DNA of 63,968 nucleotides, filler included, from Phoronis australis (Eukaryota; Animalia; Phoronida), in assembly GCA_002633005.1 (NCBI GenBank). It is 6 parts of 6 records of this genome, joined end to end, with 100 filler letters (N's around TTAATTAATTAA, not from the genome) between each part and the next. Parts side by side here need not be neighbours in the genome. Positions count along the whole stretch, not along the records: positions 1 to 20,692 come from NMRA01001328.1; positions 20,793 to 25,016 come from NMRA01002660.1; positions 25,117 to 47,831 come from NMRA01000614.1; 3 more parts are not named here. One strand, 5' to 3'. Position numbers and translations under genes: made by a program. This document shows, piece by piece, positions 13,671-25,205 of the stretch. A model generated the notes under the pieces. It saw only the letters and a list, made by a program, of their open reading frames with translations. It made no database searches and was not told the origin of the DNA. Numbering within the stretch: position 1 is the stretch's first letter; each line of letters starts with the position of its first letter.

Positions 13671-14029
13671 AACAAACCCCGTTTACGGATTATTTTAGTC
13701 CAAAGGTCCGCAAACCCAAAAATTCGAGACCCTAGTGCATCCCTACTGTCGCATGCGCGATATTTAACATATCACGCCTGCATGACGCGTTCTAGCAGAA
13801 CGCTCTCTAATATTTGGAATGTGTAGTTGAATATTAGTCACTGAGGAATTTTTTTATTAATATGTCCTTTATCTTAATTCTACATGGTGACCTTGACGTG
13901 ATGCAGCATTTTTTAAAACTGAAAGACAGTTGTAAATTTAACGGCGCTAAGCTTAAACAAAATGACGAGAGACGAAGCCACTGAGGAAACTAAGGCTCGT
14001 TACGCGGAGGATACCTTCATCGAGCACAC

Positions 14030-14190
14030 CAAGGACTGCAGAAAACCATTGAGAGAGCCCGAGAAAAGGTTCTTCTGGCCTGGTATGACGGAACAGATCA
14101 AGCAAATGATTCTTACTCTCTTGTCCCGAGAATGGGGGTCCAGAAAATCAACCAAAGCAAAAAGCCAATACAGTCATCCCCGTTACGACT
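14030..14190 (+). pseudogene. Degenerate Gypsy/Ginger-type integrase zinc-binding fragment
   Basis: KRFFWPGMTEQIKQMI followed, after a frameshift, by VQKINQSK resembles the H2C2 region (R.YWP.M..dv..yv..C..CQ). Confidence 0.45.
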
Positions 14191-15057
14191 AGAAGAATAC
14201 CAAAGAAATCAGGGTGCACATAAAGCCAGTGTCAGAGGCCCCGTTGCAAGATCCCCTAGAGGAGCCGATTATCTAGTAACCGCGACAACAAAGCTGTGCC
14301 TGTTGCTAAACCTTCAGCAGATGTTCCGTTACAGGACCCCGCAGAGAAGACGTGGGACACCGCTAGAGCACTTGATAATCGCGACAACGAAGTCACACCT
14401 CTTGCTGAACCCTCAGCCCGCCCTAGGCGAGAGATTAGGCTTCCTGAGCGTTACAATTATTTTGTTCTTAGTTAGAAACACTTGGACGTTTTGTACACCA
14501 CTGTAGGTCGGTATAGGCGCGCGCATCTGCCGAAATTCTGGTTATTCCTGTGGCCTGACCCCCCATAACTCAGCTAAATCCTGGATTCTCCCCTACTCAT
14601 AGCATATAGGGGTATTTTGCCGTAGTCAGTAAAGTTTGAATAAAACGACTACCATAATAAACAGCACAAGTGCATGCTCCTATGTGTGAAATAATGCGTT
14701 TTTCGAAGTAGGTGATGCGCCAGACCTTCGCAATTAGGCGCAGGCGCATCTCCGTACATAGCATGCGTAGGCCCTGTGTGCTTACATGCAAAATGAAGCA
14801 TTTTCGTAATTTTTCACTCATATGGGGACATGATGGCTGAATTGACTGGTCTAAAGGTTGTTTATCGACTCTCTGAATTGAATTCCCAAAGTGTTCCAAT
14901 TAAACCACTGCCACCTCAAAACATTCTCGTTAGATAGCGCTCACTTTGAGCAAGTGCATCAAATGAGATCAAAATGGGTCAACCGAAACCGAACGCGAGC
15001 CTACAAACTTGGGTTTTATACCCATTTGTCTCTGCTATGGAGATGCTTCGGAGACTG

Positions 15058-15267
15058 TTTTTTTTTTTTTTAATACAAGCATGTACAGACCAAGAAATCG
15101 CTTTCGAATCATATCCACGTTGCCATTCACGCCCATGCACACGTTCACTAGTAATACGGAGCTCAGAGGAATAGAAGACACCTTTCTGTAATGCTCGATT
15201 GTCAGGATTTGAACCAGGGTTTCTCGAACGGGCCGTGCGGAGCTGTTACCACTGAGTCACAGTCTCC
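15058..15267 (-). mobile_element. tRNA-derived SINE with poly(A) tail (haplotype copy at 18392-18601)
   Basis: Minus strand: tgactcagtggt (A box), ggttcaaatcc (B box), about 120-nt body and an A14 tail. Confidence 0.7.
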
Positions 15268-15444
15268 TCAAGAGACTGTTATGACGAGTTGGATCTTTAA
15301 AATCATTTCTAAAAGAGTGAGCCATACTCTGTATGAATTCGCCCNAAGGATCAATGCACGTAGTTGTATAGAAACAATATTGGTCAACCTGAATAACGAC
15401 CAGTATACAATATTTTACATTTTTATTTTTCGATTAGAAACAGT

Positions 15445-17247
15445 CTATTCCTTGACAGCGTATTTCCTCATTGGGTAGAGCCTCATTTTACGCAACGTTT
15501 TCTGAGTCTTCAGTGACTGCTCGTGAGGGGTCAACTGACGACGGATAGCACGCGTCTTTTTTGGTCGAAGGTCCAGAGGAATATATTTCTTCTTCCTGTA
15601 GTATTTCCGCAGGTTTTCCTTTTGTGTTTGGTTGATGACCGTGAGGACTCGGGCAATTGATTTCCTGACCACACGACTGAAAGGTAAACAGTAAAACAAT
15701 GAAACACACTTGAAGATCATGTGCCAAGTTCAGATTTTTGGAGCGGTAATCGAACACTTACCAAACGCACACAAAAAATGCAAAAACTCTAACACAAAAA
15801 AAACTATCACAAAGGCTGAGAAGTAATTGTGGGGAGTGGCATGAATAGAGAAAAAAAATCAAGCATACTTCCTCTTGTTAATAGGAAGACAAAAGTTAAT
15901 ATTTTCATTAGGGCTGTTCCAGTAAAATCCGTGTGGGAGGGGGGGGGGGCAGTAGAAATANTTCAGAAAAAAACTCAAATTATGGGTGGTCGTTCCAGTA
16001 AGAAGTGATGCATTAAAAATGGGTGGTATTTTTGACCTGTTGATGTTGACAGGTTGGTTACTTCAGCCTTCTAAACTAAAAAAAAATGCAATTGGCATAT
16101 ATCCTAACTTATCCCAGTACAAAAAAGCCCATATTGCCAGAGAACAGAGTGCAACATGTTCACTAAGCCATTAATCAAGTCATGGCCAACTTGATTTGAG
16201 CCAACTGTTTGTCTGCAGTCCTATTGAATTGAAAAGTTATGCAACACTAAACTGGTGTTAACACATGTAAGAAAATTGATGATTTTTAAATAAAAAGTAT
16301 GAGGAGTAAGATAAACAAGTTCCAATATTCACTTGACATAGAAATATAAAAGTGTTCGTGGAGACAGTTTGAGATTCATAGATCCTTATAATTGAAAAAA
16401 TGTTCATTGAAATAATAAACACATGGTGAACATTGACACCTGGTGGCTGCCAAAAGTATTGCTCACAGGCTACTTGAGTTTTTGACAATATTGGACAAGA
16501 CAACTAGTTCTTGTCTGTCAATCATCTAAGTTCTTAACAGGTCCTCCTGGAGGCAATTTGTTTGCAAGTGTTGGACTTTATATTTTAACGTATTAAAAAT
16601 AATTAAAAAATTATGGGTCATGGGTTGGAGAAATAAATGAAAAATATGAGCGGTGGGTACGAAATAAAAGTGCCTTCGCCCCCCTCCCATACAGATTTTG
16701 CTGGAACAGCCCTTAGCAAGTCTTTGTGGAGCATCCGAGAATTATTCACACACGAGGGGCACACCTGCACTTTGTGCGCCTAGCCAAAAAACTGCGTCAG
16801 TCAGGAATAAATAGTAAAAATTCGAACGCTGAAAAAATCTATCGCTGAGAACAGCTAGGGCTGTATGATTACTGCAATATGGTCACACAAATACAGAACC
16901 AACACAGTTTGATCTTGAAAATAACTTTCTTTTCAACCACAAATGTTTAGAAATAATGAACTCCGACATCTAATCACAACCTTCTTGAAAGGCAAGTTCA
17001 AATCCCAACTTTCATGAACTCTCATTAAGTGAACTTTTTGTCTCAATGACCTCCTTAAATCATAATGCATGTCACTGCTATTAATTCTTGAGCAAAGTGG
17101 ACCCAAGTTGCACAATAAAAGGACATCTCCCACTCATTACCAGGCCAACAAGAGCACAGTTTGCATAACAAAAATTCACACTTACATTTTAGCCAGCTTA
17201 GGTGCTGCACCACCTGTAACCTTGGCGACCTTGAGAGAAGACAACTC
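15445..17247 (-). CDS. RPL35: 60S ribosomal protein L35 (uL29), partial. Exons 17247-17186 and 15676-15445; 5' exons absent
   Basis: [67 protein letters not shown]...YAVKE*. Phase-2 GT-AG intron; AATAAA about 20 nt after the stop. Confidence 0.95.
15911..16712. mobile_element. PIF/Harbinger-type non-autonomous element in the RPL35 intron
   Basis: TIRs gggctgttccag.aaaatc.gt.tgggagggg / cccctcccatacagattttgctggaacagccc, flanked by TTA on both sides. The left part is repeated at 20011 in the second haplotype. Confidence 0.82.
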
Positions 17248-19539
17248 CTACAAAAGAAAGACAATCGCAGGTAAATTATCACCCTTTTTGTTACTCTCAT
17301 TTCTAATAGCAATACAATATCAATTTCTACACCCCAACAACGTCCGGAATTTAGAGAGGCAATAGGCTTGATACACCTCACACTGGATATTTAGATCTGC
17401 ATTTTGCTCATTACCTAACTAAGAAGGAAAAATGGTAAAAATCACACTCGTGAAATCGATCTTGTCATATTTCTTACCACGAAAAGATTCTATTTCCGTT
17501 ACCCACAAGAATATCAAAACCATCAACGAGTCAAAAAATAAAAATGCTTCAAAGTTTATTGCAGTTGGTCACCCATCAAACTCCTACTCCAAATATGGTT
17601 CAGACACATAGCTTGAGACTTGAATTGGTCACAGAATTGAAATGGGATGAAATGCAGCTTTAAACAAATGCTCCTCCCAGAATGCAGGACACGACCTCTG
17701 AATTAAAGACACAAAGCAGGTGGTAGACATAGTGTTGTTGATGTTCAGATGATGGCGCTGTGATTCAGTCAAACACAACAGTACACCTAACTTTCAGGTT
17801 CAGTGAGTCCCAGGACCACATATCTTCACAACTGTAAACAGACCACTGGTTAAGAGCATGGGTTATGTTTAACAGGCTAATAGCACTGGAGCTTTCACGT
17901 TTCTTGAAAGGACAAATACTTGTTCTCTGCTTTCATAACTCCAAATAAAATCCTCATACGGAGTGCAGATTAGGCTAAGGAAACGAAAAACGGTTCGTGC
18001 CCAACCGTGACGTTGCTGGGGAGATGAAAACACAGTGCCCCTATGAAGGCTTGAGTTCAAGGACCGAAGTGGCTACCAGAGGGCGAGATCTGTCGACATT
18101 TCTGGTGGGGGGATGGTTGGTCTGGGAATAGTCAAGAGTTCCATGCACGTTGTGCTATCCACTTAAAAGTCAGATGGGTATTTTGCCCAATCAGGTACTG
18201 TTTCGAAGTTTCGCTCTGTTGTATCTTTGCGATTGCTTGTGCCTTTGCAGTGTCAACAGTGACAAGCAGGGTGAAGGCCCAAGATTGGTATCCTAATGAA
18301 TGTCAGGTTGTCTCGGCGTTCTTATTTTGCGCCCACAAAAAAGTGCACGCTGCTAGCCAAATTCAAGACTTGTATTGATGAAATAGAANTGTTTTTTTTT
18401 TTTTTAATACAAGCATGTACAGACCAAGAAATCGCTTTCGAATCATATCCACGTTGCCATTCACGCCCATGCACACGTTCACTAGTAATACGGAGCTCAG
18501 AGGAATAGAAGACACCTTTCTGTAATGCTCGATTGTCAGGATTTGAACCAGGGTTTCTCGAACGGGCCGTGCGGAGCTGTTACCACTGAGTCACAGTCTC
18601 CTCAAGAGACTGTTATGACGAGTTGGATCTTTAAAATCATTTCTAAAAGAGTGAGCCATACTCTGTATGAATTCGCCCCATCACAATCATACTTATCGCG
18701 AATACAAGGACAGTAGAAATGCATTGGTGACAAGCTACCAGAACATTTCTGTACGTAAACAGGACAGCTTCCGTATTTGTGTGACTGAACCATTAACTCT
18801 TACATGTAAATGAAAGGGCACATAATCGGGAACAAGAAATAGTGACAACTTGTGCAACAAACCAAGTCGCTTGTATTTACCTACGTCGACATGTGAAACT
18901 CAGGATGGGCCATAACCAAAATTCAGGAATATGTTTGAACCACAACTCAGATATTCGCCATAAAACTAATCAACATACTAATTTGGGAGTTTGGCCAAAA
19001 TCTAAACCAGCTGTGTACAAAACAGCGTTTACCCACATGGATGCATGGAAGTTGTGACCAGGCAAAAATTCAAGTATTGTCAAAAGGCAGAAATGTGTCC
19101 AGATGTATCATTCCACAAATAGGCTTGTGTGATAGAAATATTCTTTGTGCTGTAAACTTAACCAAAGTAGACATTTTTGCATGAATGAAGTCAAAATAAT
19201 GATAAAAAGAGAGACGAAGAGAGGAAACCGGAAATAATATAAGAGGAAATCGAAACCAAAAAAAGAGGAAATCCTTTTAATAAGAGGAAAAATCCATGTC
19301 CTGAACCATACTTTTTATGAAGGTTTGGTGAAATTCGCCATATATAGGAGTTGGAAACACAGAGTATTATCCTCTGCACCAACAGGAAATCAAGCGACAG
19401 GTGCTGTTCATTTCTATAACCCTTCACGGAGACGATTATCAAGGATCAATGCACGTAGTTGTATAGAAACAATATTGGTCAACCTGAATAACGACCAGTA
19501 TACAATATTTTACATTTTTATTTTTCGATTAGAAACAGT

Positions 19540-19771
19540 CTATTCCTTGACAGCGTATTTCCTCATTGGGTAGAGCCTCATTTTACGCAACTTTTTCTGA
19601 GTCTTCAGTGACTGCTCGTGAGGGGTCAACTGACGACGGATAGCACGCGTCTTTTTTGGTCGTAGGTCCAGAGGAATATATTTCTTCTTCCTGTAGTATT
19701 TCCGCAGGTTTTCCTTTTGTGTTTGGTTGATGACCGTGAGGACTCGGGCAATTGATTTCCTGACCACACGA
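19540..19771 (-). CDS. RPL35: Second copy of the RPL35 last exon, probably the other haplotype
   Basis: Same 232-nt exon with near-identical flanks; differs by one T/K codon (KTQKTL vs KTQKKL) and one silent change. Confidence 0.85.
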
Positions 19772-20692
19772 CTGAAAGGTAAACAGTAAAACAATGAAAC
19801 ACACTTAAAAAGATCATGTGCCAAGTTCAGATTTTAGGAGCGGTAATCGAACACTTACCAAACGCACACAAAAAATGCAAAAACTCTAACACAAAAAAAA
19901 AATATCACAAAGGCTGAGAAGTAATTGTGGGGAGTGGCATGAATAGAGAAAAAAAATATCAAGCATACTTCCTCTCGTTAATAGGAAGACAAAAGTTAAT
20001 ATTTTCATTAGGGCTGTTCCAGTAAAATCCGTGTGGGAGGGGGGGACGGCAGTAGAAATAAAAATTCATGGGTGGTGGTTTTCAGAAAAAAACTCAAATT
20101 ATGGGTGGTCGTTCCTGTAAGAAGTGATGCATTAAAAATGGGTAGTATTTTTAACCTGTTGATGTTGACAGGTTGGTTACTTCAGCCTTCTAAACAAAAA
20201 AAAATGCAATTGGCATATATCCTAACTTATCCCAATACAAAAAAGCCCATATTGCCAGAGAACAGAGTGCAACATGTTCACTAAGCCATTAATCAAGTCA
20301 TGGGCAACTTGATTTGAGCCAACTTTTGTCTGCAGTCCTATTGAATTGAAAAGTTATGCAACACTAAACTGGTGTTAACACATGTAAGAAAATTGATGAT
20401 TTTTAAATAAAAAGTATGAGGAGTAAGATAAACAAGTTCCAATATTCACTTGACATAGAAATATAAAAGAGTTCGTGGAGACAGTTTGAGATTCATAGAT
20501 CCTTATAATTGAAAAAATGTTCATTGAAATAATAAACACATGGTGAACAGTGACACCTGGTGACTGCCAAAAGTATTGCTCACAGGCTACTTGAGTTTTT
20601 GACAATATTGGACAAGACAACTAGTTCTTGTCTGTCAATCATCTAAGTTCTTAACAGGTCCTCCTGGAGGCAATTTGTTTGCAAGTGTTGGA

Positions 20693-20792
20693 NNNNNNNN
20701 NNNNNNNNNNNNNNNNNNNNNNNNNNNNNNNNNNNNTTAATTAATTAANNNNNNNNNNNNNNNNNNNNNNNNNNNNNNNNNNNNNNNNNNNN
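20693..20792. other. Artificial contig linker N44-TTAATTAATTAA-N44
   Basis: Exactly 100 bp with stops in all six frames; the same structure recurs five times. Confidence 0.97.
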
Positions 20793-21066
20793 GGCCCTGC
20801 ATATGCAACAGCGGCAAGACAGAGAGTAAAATGACACCCGGCGGTCTCGGCTGTGGCGCGGGACTGACATTAGCACAAATTTCCCGCGCCAGTCCGGCTT
20901 GTCACAGATCGACAGACCGGCGATAAAGTTGCCGGCGACAGGAGTGTTTTTTTTTCGGGATCAGCTACCAGATACAAATACACTTGAAAACTTTTACAGG
21001 AAAAGATCACCAGTGAATCTCACAAAAAGTAATAAAAAAATAACCCGTGGCTTTCGCTCAACAAGC

Positions 21067-21085
21067 TCACATGACGCTGACGTCA
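21067..21085 (+). promoter_or_regulatory. Adjacent M-box/CLEAR-like E-box and CRE upstream of BRI3
   Basis: TCACATGAC (21067-21075) and TGACGTCA (21078-21085), about 35 nt before a candidate non-coding exon donor CAG|gtaggt at 21120. Confidence 0.45.
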
Positions 21086-21520
21086 TCAGCTCGGTTTTGA
21101 TCACACAATTTTGTCAACAGGTAGGTTGAAGTAAATCGTTTCTTGGTAGTTGCGTAGGAAGTTTCACATAACCTTTGTAGAACTATCTTTAAAGTTCTCG
21201 AATGTGATATTCGAAGGTGTTGCTTTTTAATTGCTTGACGTCGGTCATGAATTTAACCTGGAAAGAGCTACACTGCCCTAGCTAGACCGTCTCAAGACGT
21301 TGGCCTAATCAATCAATGACGACATAGCCAGGACTTTAGTCTTTACTTCCTTACAACCTTTAAAGTAATTCGTTTAGTTGTTTACCTTTGACTGCTACAA
21401 GTCCCACTCTTATCACTTTATAAGTAGCGCTTAGTATGTAGGAACGACTTGTGTAGATGCATGACTATTTGTATTACTGAATGGCTAAATAAACCATCTA
21501 TGTCTATCTATCATAAACAT

Positions 21521-21610
21521 AGGCAATGACCATCGCCTCTGTTGGCCCGAACCAGAGGCAATGCAGCTCCTATAGGCGCTCCGTACGCCAGAAGCGTATA
21601 GGAGCTTCAC
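21521..21610 (+). repeat. Dispersed repeat, second copy at about 49717-49789
   Basis: aggcaatgaccatcgcctctgttggcccga(a)ccagaggcaatgcagctcc is shared between two contigs. Confidence 0.8.
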
Positions 21611-21799
21611 CGTCTCTACTGAGGCAAGCTGGAGACGATGNGTCACTGTCTATGCTAGCTTCAGGTACAATGTGATTTTGATGTAGTTGTGTTTTGTCTT
21701 TATGTTACCAAATGTATTTATCCTAAGTATAACTTACTGCTTGCTCTTGGTTTATGATCAGTTGTCTTGTGTTTCAGGATTTGTTTTCACCGGTGAACC

Positions 21800-23875
21800 A
21801 TGTCAGCACCTCCATATCAACCACTAAATAATGCCGGTGAAAATGAGAAACCGCCGCAATATGTACCAGCACCTCCTGGCAGTACCTACTACAGTAAGTA
21901 GTTCCTCTATCAACCACATCAGATAGAGGAAACCTCTGCCCTATGATTCCTGTCGCAATGGCCGAGTTGGGTAAAATCTCAGTTTGCCATTTCGGTTTTG
22001 AGGTCCCCAATTTTAGTACTGTGAATGTCTGATAGGTGTCGCTTGCAATGTGACCCATTCAATGGATTGTGATGCTTACGCTGCCACCCGGTGGCAGACC
22101 AGGTCTAGTAGGTCACGACCAAAAGTGGCAAAGAAACGCGACTATTACAGTGAGAAACAACTTTATAACCAGTCATGTCAGAATAGACCACTTTTTACAG
22201 GATTGCCACAGTTCCCTCATATGCAGCACTACAATTAATCGTTTTGTCTATGCAGCTTGACCCCGTTTTAATCGTCTGGTCAAGACTATGCCAGTCATAA
22301 TCGCGGTGTGACACACCATCACAATTTATCTGCTATTGGCATGCTGTCGCCATAGCATATCCACTGTACAATAATTACAAATATGATTCTCACTACTAAA
22401 CATCTATCATTGTGTTATGCACGTAAATGCGTTTCCCGAAGTACTTACTCCGTCAGTGAACTGCACTGATATACAGGTGTTTGCAGTCTTTGCTGAAGCA
22501 GAGATTCACTCGCCGTCTTGTCTCACTGAAACGGACCTATGTTCTAAAAATGGTTTTCTAAAAAATTGGTCCTATTGCAAATGTGTGTGCTGATGTCCGC
22601 AGCAACTTACTAGACACCTTGGATTAAAATATTTTCATTCTCCATTGTACGTACTTCTTTAATTTTTTTTATTTTTAATTCTCATTTGAAAGACAATTTG
22701 ATAGCTTAATAAAGAGGCAGACAGACGCTTTTTTTCAGATTGTTTTTTTTTGTTGCTGTTCTATTACTGAGTGTTAGTTGACCCGTTTTGCAAGTGTGGG
22801 AACAGAATTGTCGTAAATTGAGGTTGCGTTTGGCAAGTTGAGCAACGAAAAACTGAAGTCGCGTTTGTCGAGTAAGCCTCGAATTCAAGTCACCAATGGC
22901 AATTTCAGCTCGCAAAATGTGAGCTGGCACTCGCCAAATGGAACCCTGTCTGTATTGGTTTGGTTGATCCATCATTGTTTGATTATCTTACAAATAGCTT
23001 AGTGTCATTTTGAAATTCTCTTCACTTTAGAAAATCAGACATGTCACATTATAAATGATTGTTTAGTGTAAATTTTCAAAATCTACTGTCAGAGAAAGAG
23101 TCACAATCTAAAAACACTAAAATGTATGTTCGTGTTTATCCCAAGTGTATAACTTCATACAGAGACCTTGCACATACCTTGGAAGTGGGTCAGTAAATCT
23201 TAACCAGTGTATTCCATTTGTCAGTTTATTGCCCTGAAATGATTTGCATGTGTTCTAGTACCATTCAATGATAGGACTTTCAACTCGTATCAGTTTATAT
23301 TCAACCTTGTTCCACTATAGCTTCACCACTTGATAGCAACGTACACTGTACCTTTCAGTAGCAGTAGGCATGAGGCACCTAGTACAGGGGTTGGAATTTT
23401 CCTCTTCTAAGAGGATTTCCTCTGTTTTGGTTTCGATTTCCTTTTATTTGGTTTCCAGTTTTTTCTTTTTTGTCTCTTTTTATCATTATTTTGTCTTTAT
23501 TCATACAAACATTCATTTAAATTTTACAACACAAAAAGTATTTCTATCATACAAGCCTATTTGGTTTTGGAACGATACATCACCTGGAAAATTTTCCTCA
23601 TTTTTGTCATTGGACACTCTTAGCTCTGCTAATGTAACACCATTCAGTGGCGTGTTCACTCTGAATAATTACCTTTAAACTCATTGGCAGACTGGCAGCA
23701 GCATCAGGCACAACAGCAAGGCTACCAACAGCAGGGCTATCAGGCTGGAGTGCAAGGAGGCTTCCAGGTAGCACCACACCAGGTACCCTCCTATGTCAAT
23801 CAACAGCCGCAGTCTACAACGACGGTGGTTCAGCACCAACACGTGGTGGTCGTGGGAGGGTGTCCAGCCTGCAGG
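21800..23875 (+). CDS. BRI3: Brain protein I3 (BRI3)-like membrane protein, partial. Coding exons 21800-21893 and 23691-23875
   Basis: MSAPPYQPL...KPPQYVPAPPGSTYY-N-WQQHQ...HVVVVGGCPACR|gtaagt. VVVVGGCPACR is the BRI3 signature; Pro/Tyr-rich N-terminus with a PPxY motif; compatible phase-1 intron. The last exon is lost at the contig end. Confidence 0.88.
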
Positions 23876-24881
23876 GTAAGTCTAGTAGAGTCCAGTCCAA
23901 GTCGATTACTGAGCATTAATAAATGGTGGTGAGAATATTGCAGTCTCACTTTGTTTTCAACAATTATAAATGTTTTTATTTTGCTTCCAAGACGGGATGA
24001 ACATGTTATCTTAGTTCTCGCTTTGTTGACTGTAAACCCTGGTAAATGTATAGAATAAATGTTCTCAACCCATCTCTAAGTGAGGGCACACTTGCTCCAA
24101 CTACTTTTGTTCTATGTTTAGAAATTGTTCAACAACTTTCAGCCTTTGTGAAACCCTTTCTGGTTTCATCAAATTGTGCTGTGTCAACCCAACCAAGTAT
24201 ATTTATTCTAGAGCCTCCACAATTAAAAATTCTGAATCCATTTCGTTTACATGTAACTCGCGTACCATTGCATGTAAACATTCAGGTTATCAGTCTGGGG
24301 GCTAAAATTGGCAAGTCCAGAAGTCGAAGGTTGGACGTTTTAATGAGAAATGAACTCTTAAATTAGAAATTTTCAGAAGTTGGGGGTGGTCGCTTACCCA
24401 TGCATGGGCGCTTAACCTGAGCCAGATAGTTACCATGGCCACCTTTGGCCTTCTAAATTCAAGTCCACAGACCTGACGTTTAGGGAATTTGCCACAAGCC
24501 TAGTAGCAGACACGGAAATTGAATCAGCGCTCTCTGACCAAGACTTAATTCAAATACCTGTACCTAAGTATGTTAACTTGAAATAGAAGAAAAAATACCC
24601 GCCAGCATTCTAAGAAGATCCAATATAGATTAATGTAAACATGAACTCACTTCTTATTTTTGCATTTTAAATTGTTAAAAAATTGAAAATCTTCCTTTCA
24701 TAAAACTTAGGCGAGGTATTATTAGCCCTGGCCAAATATATATTGATGACCAGGAATGTTGCAGTGGAAATTTCACCAAAAAATCTCCTCTTATGCTGGT
24801 TACATCTTAAATAATTTGTTTTGCATAAAATAAAAGGCCTCTAAATATGTTGACTCCATTATCGTGTGATTCCATTATGTT

Positions 24882-25016
24882 CCCTTGACACTGTGCCATA
24901 TACAGCTGGGCTCCCCTTGACACAGCCCCCCTGAATATGTCCCATATACAGCTGGGCTTCCCTTGACACAGCCCCCCTGAATATGTACCATATACAGCTG
25001 GGCTCCCCTTGACACA
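24882..25016. repeat. About 47-bp minisatellite at the contig end
   Basis: cccttgacacagccccctgaatatgt.ccatatacagctgggct is repeated up to the linker. Confidence 0.85.
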
Positions 25017-25116
25017 NNNNNNNNNNNNNNNNNNNNNNNNNNNNNNNNNNNNNNNNNNNNTTAATTAATTAANNNNNNNNNNNNNNNNNNNNNNNNNNNN
25101 NNNNNNNNNNNNNNNN
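25017..25116. other. Artificial contig linker
   Basis: Same N44-TTAATTAATTAA-N44 structure. Confidence 0.97.
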
Positions 25117-25205
25117 GGTCCAATTTCTTCTGGACCCAGAATCTAATCAACCAGCAGAACCACTGCTTGAAATGTGTTGTTATCTCCCTTGCCGTTCTGT
25201 TGTAG

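Noticed and set aside
15677-18388. Intronic snoRNA in RPL35 introns
   Set aside because: No RTGATGA...CTGA pair with a terminal stem found on the gene strand; H/ACA could not be assessed by eye.
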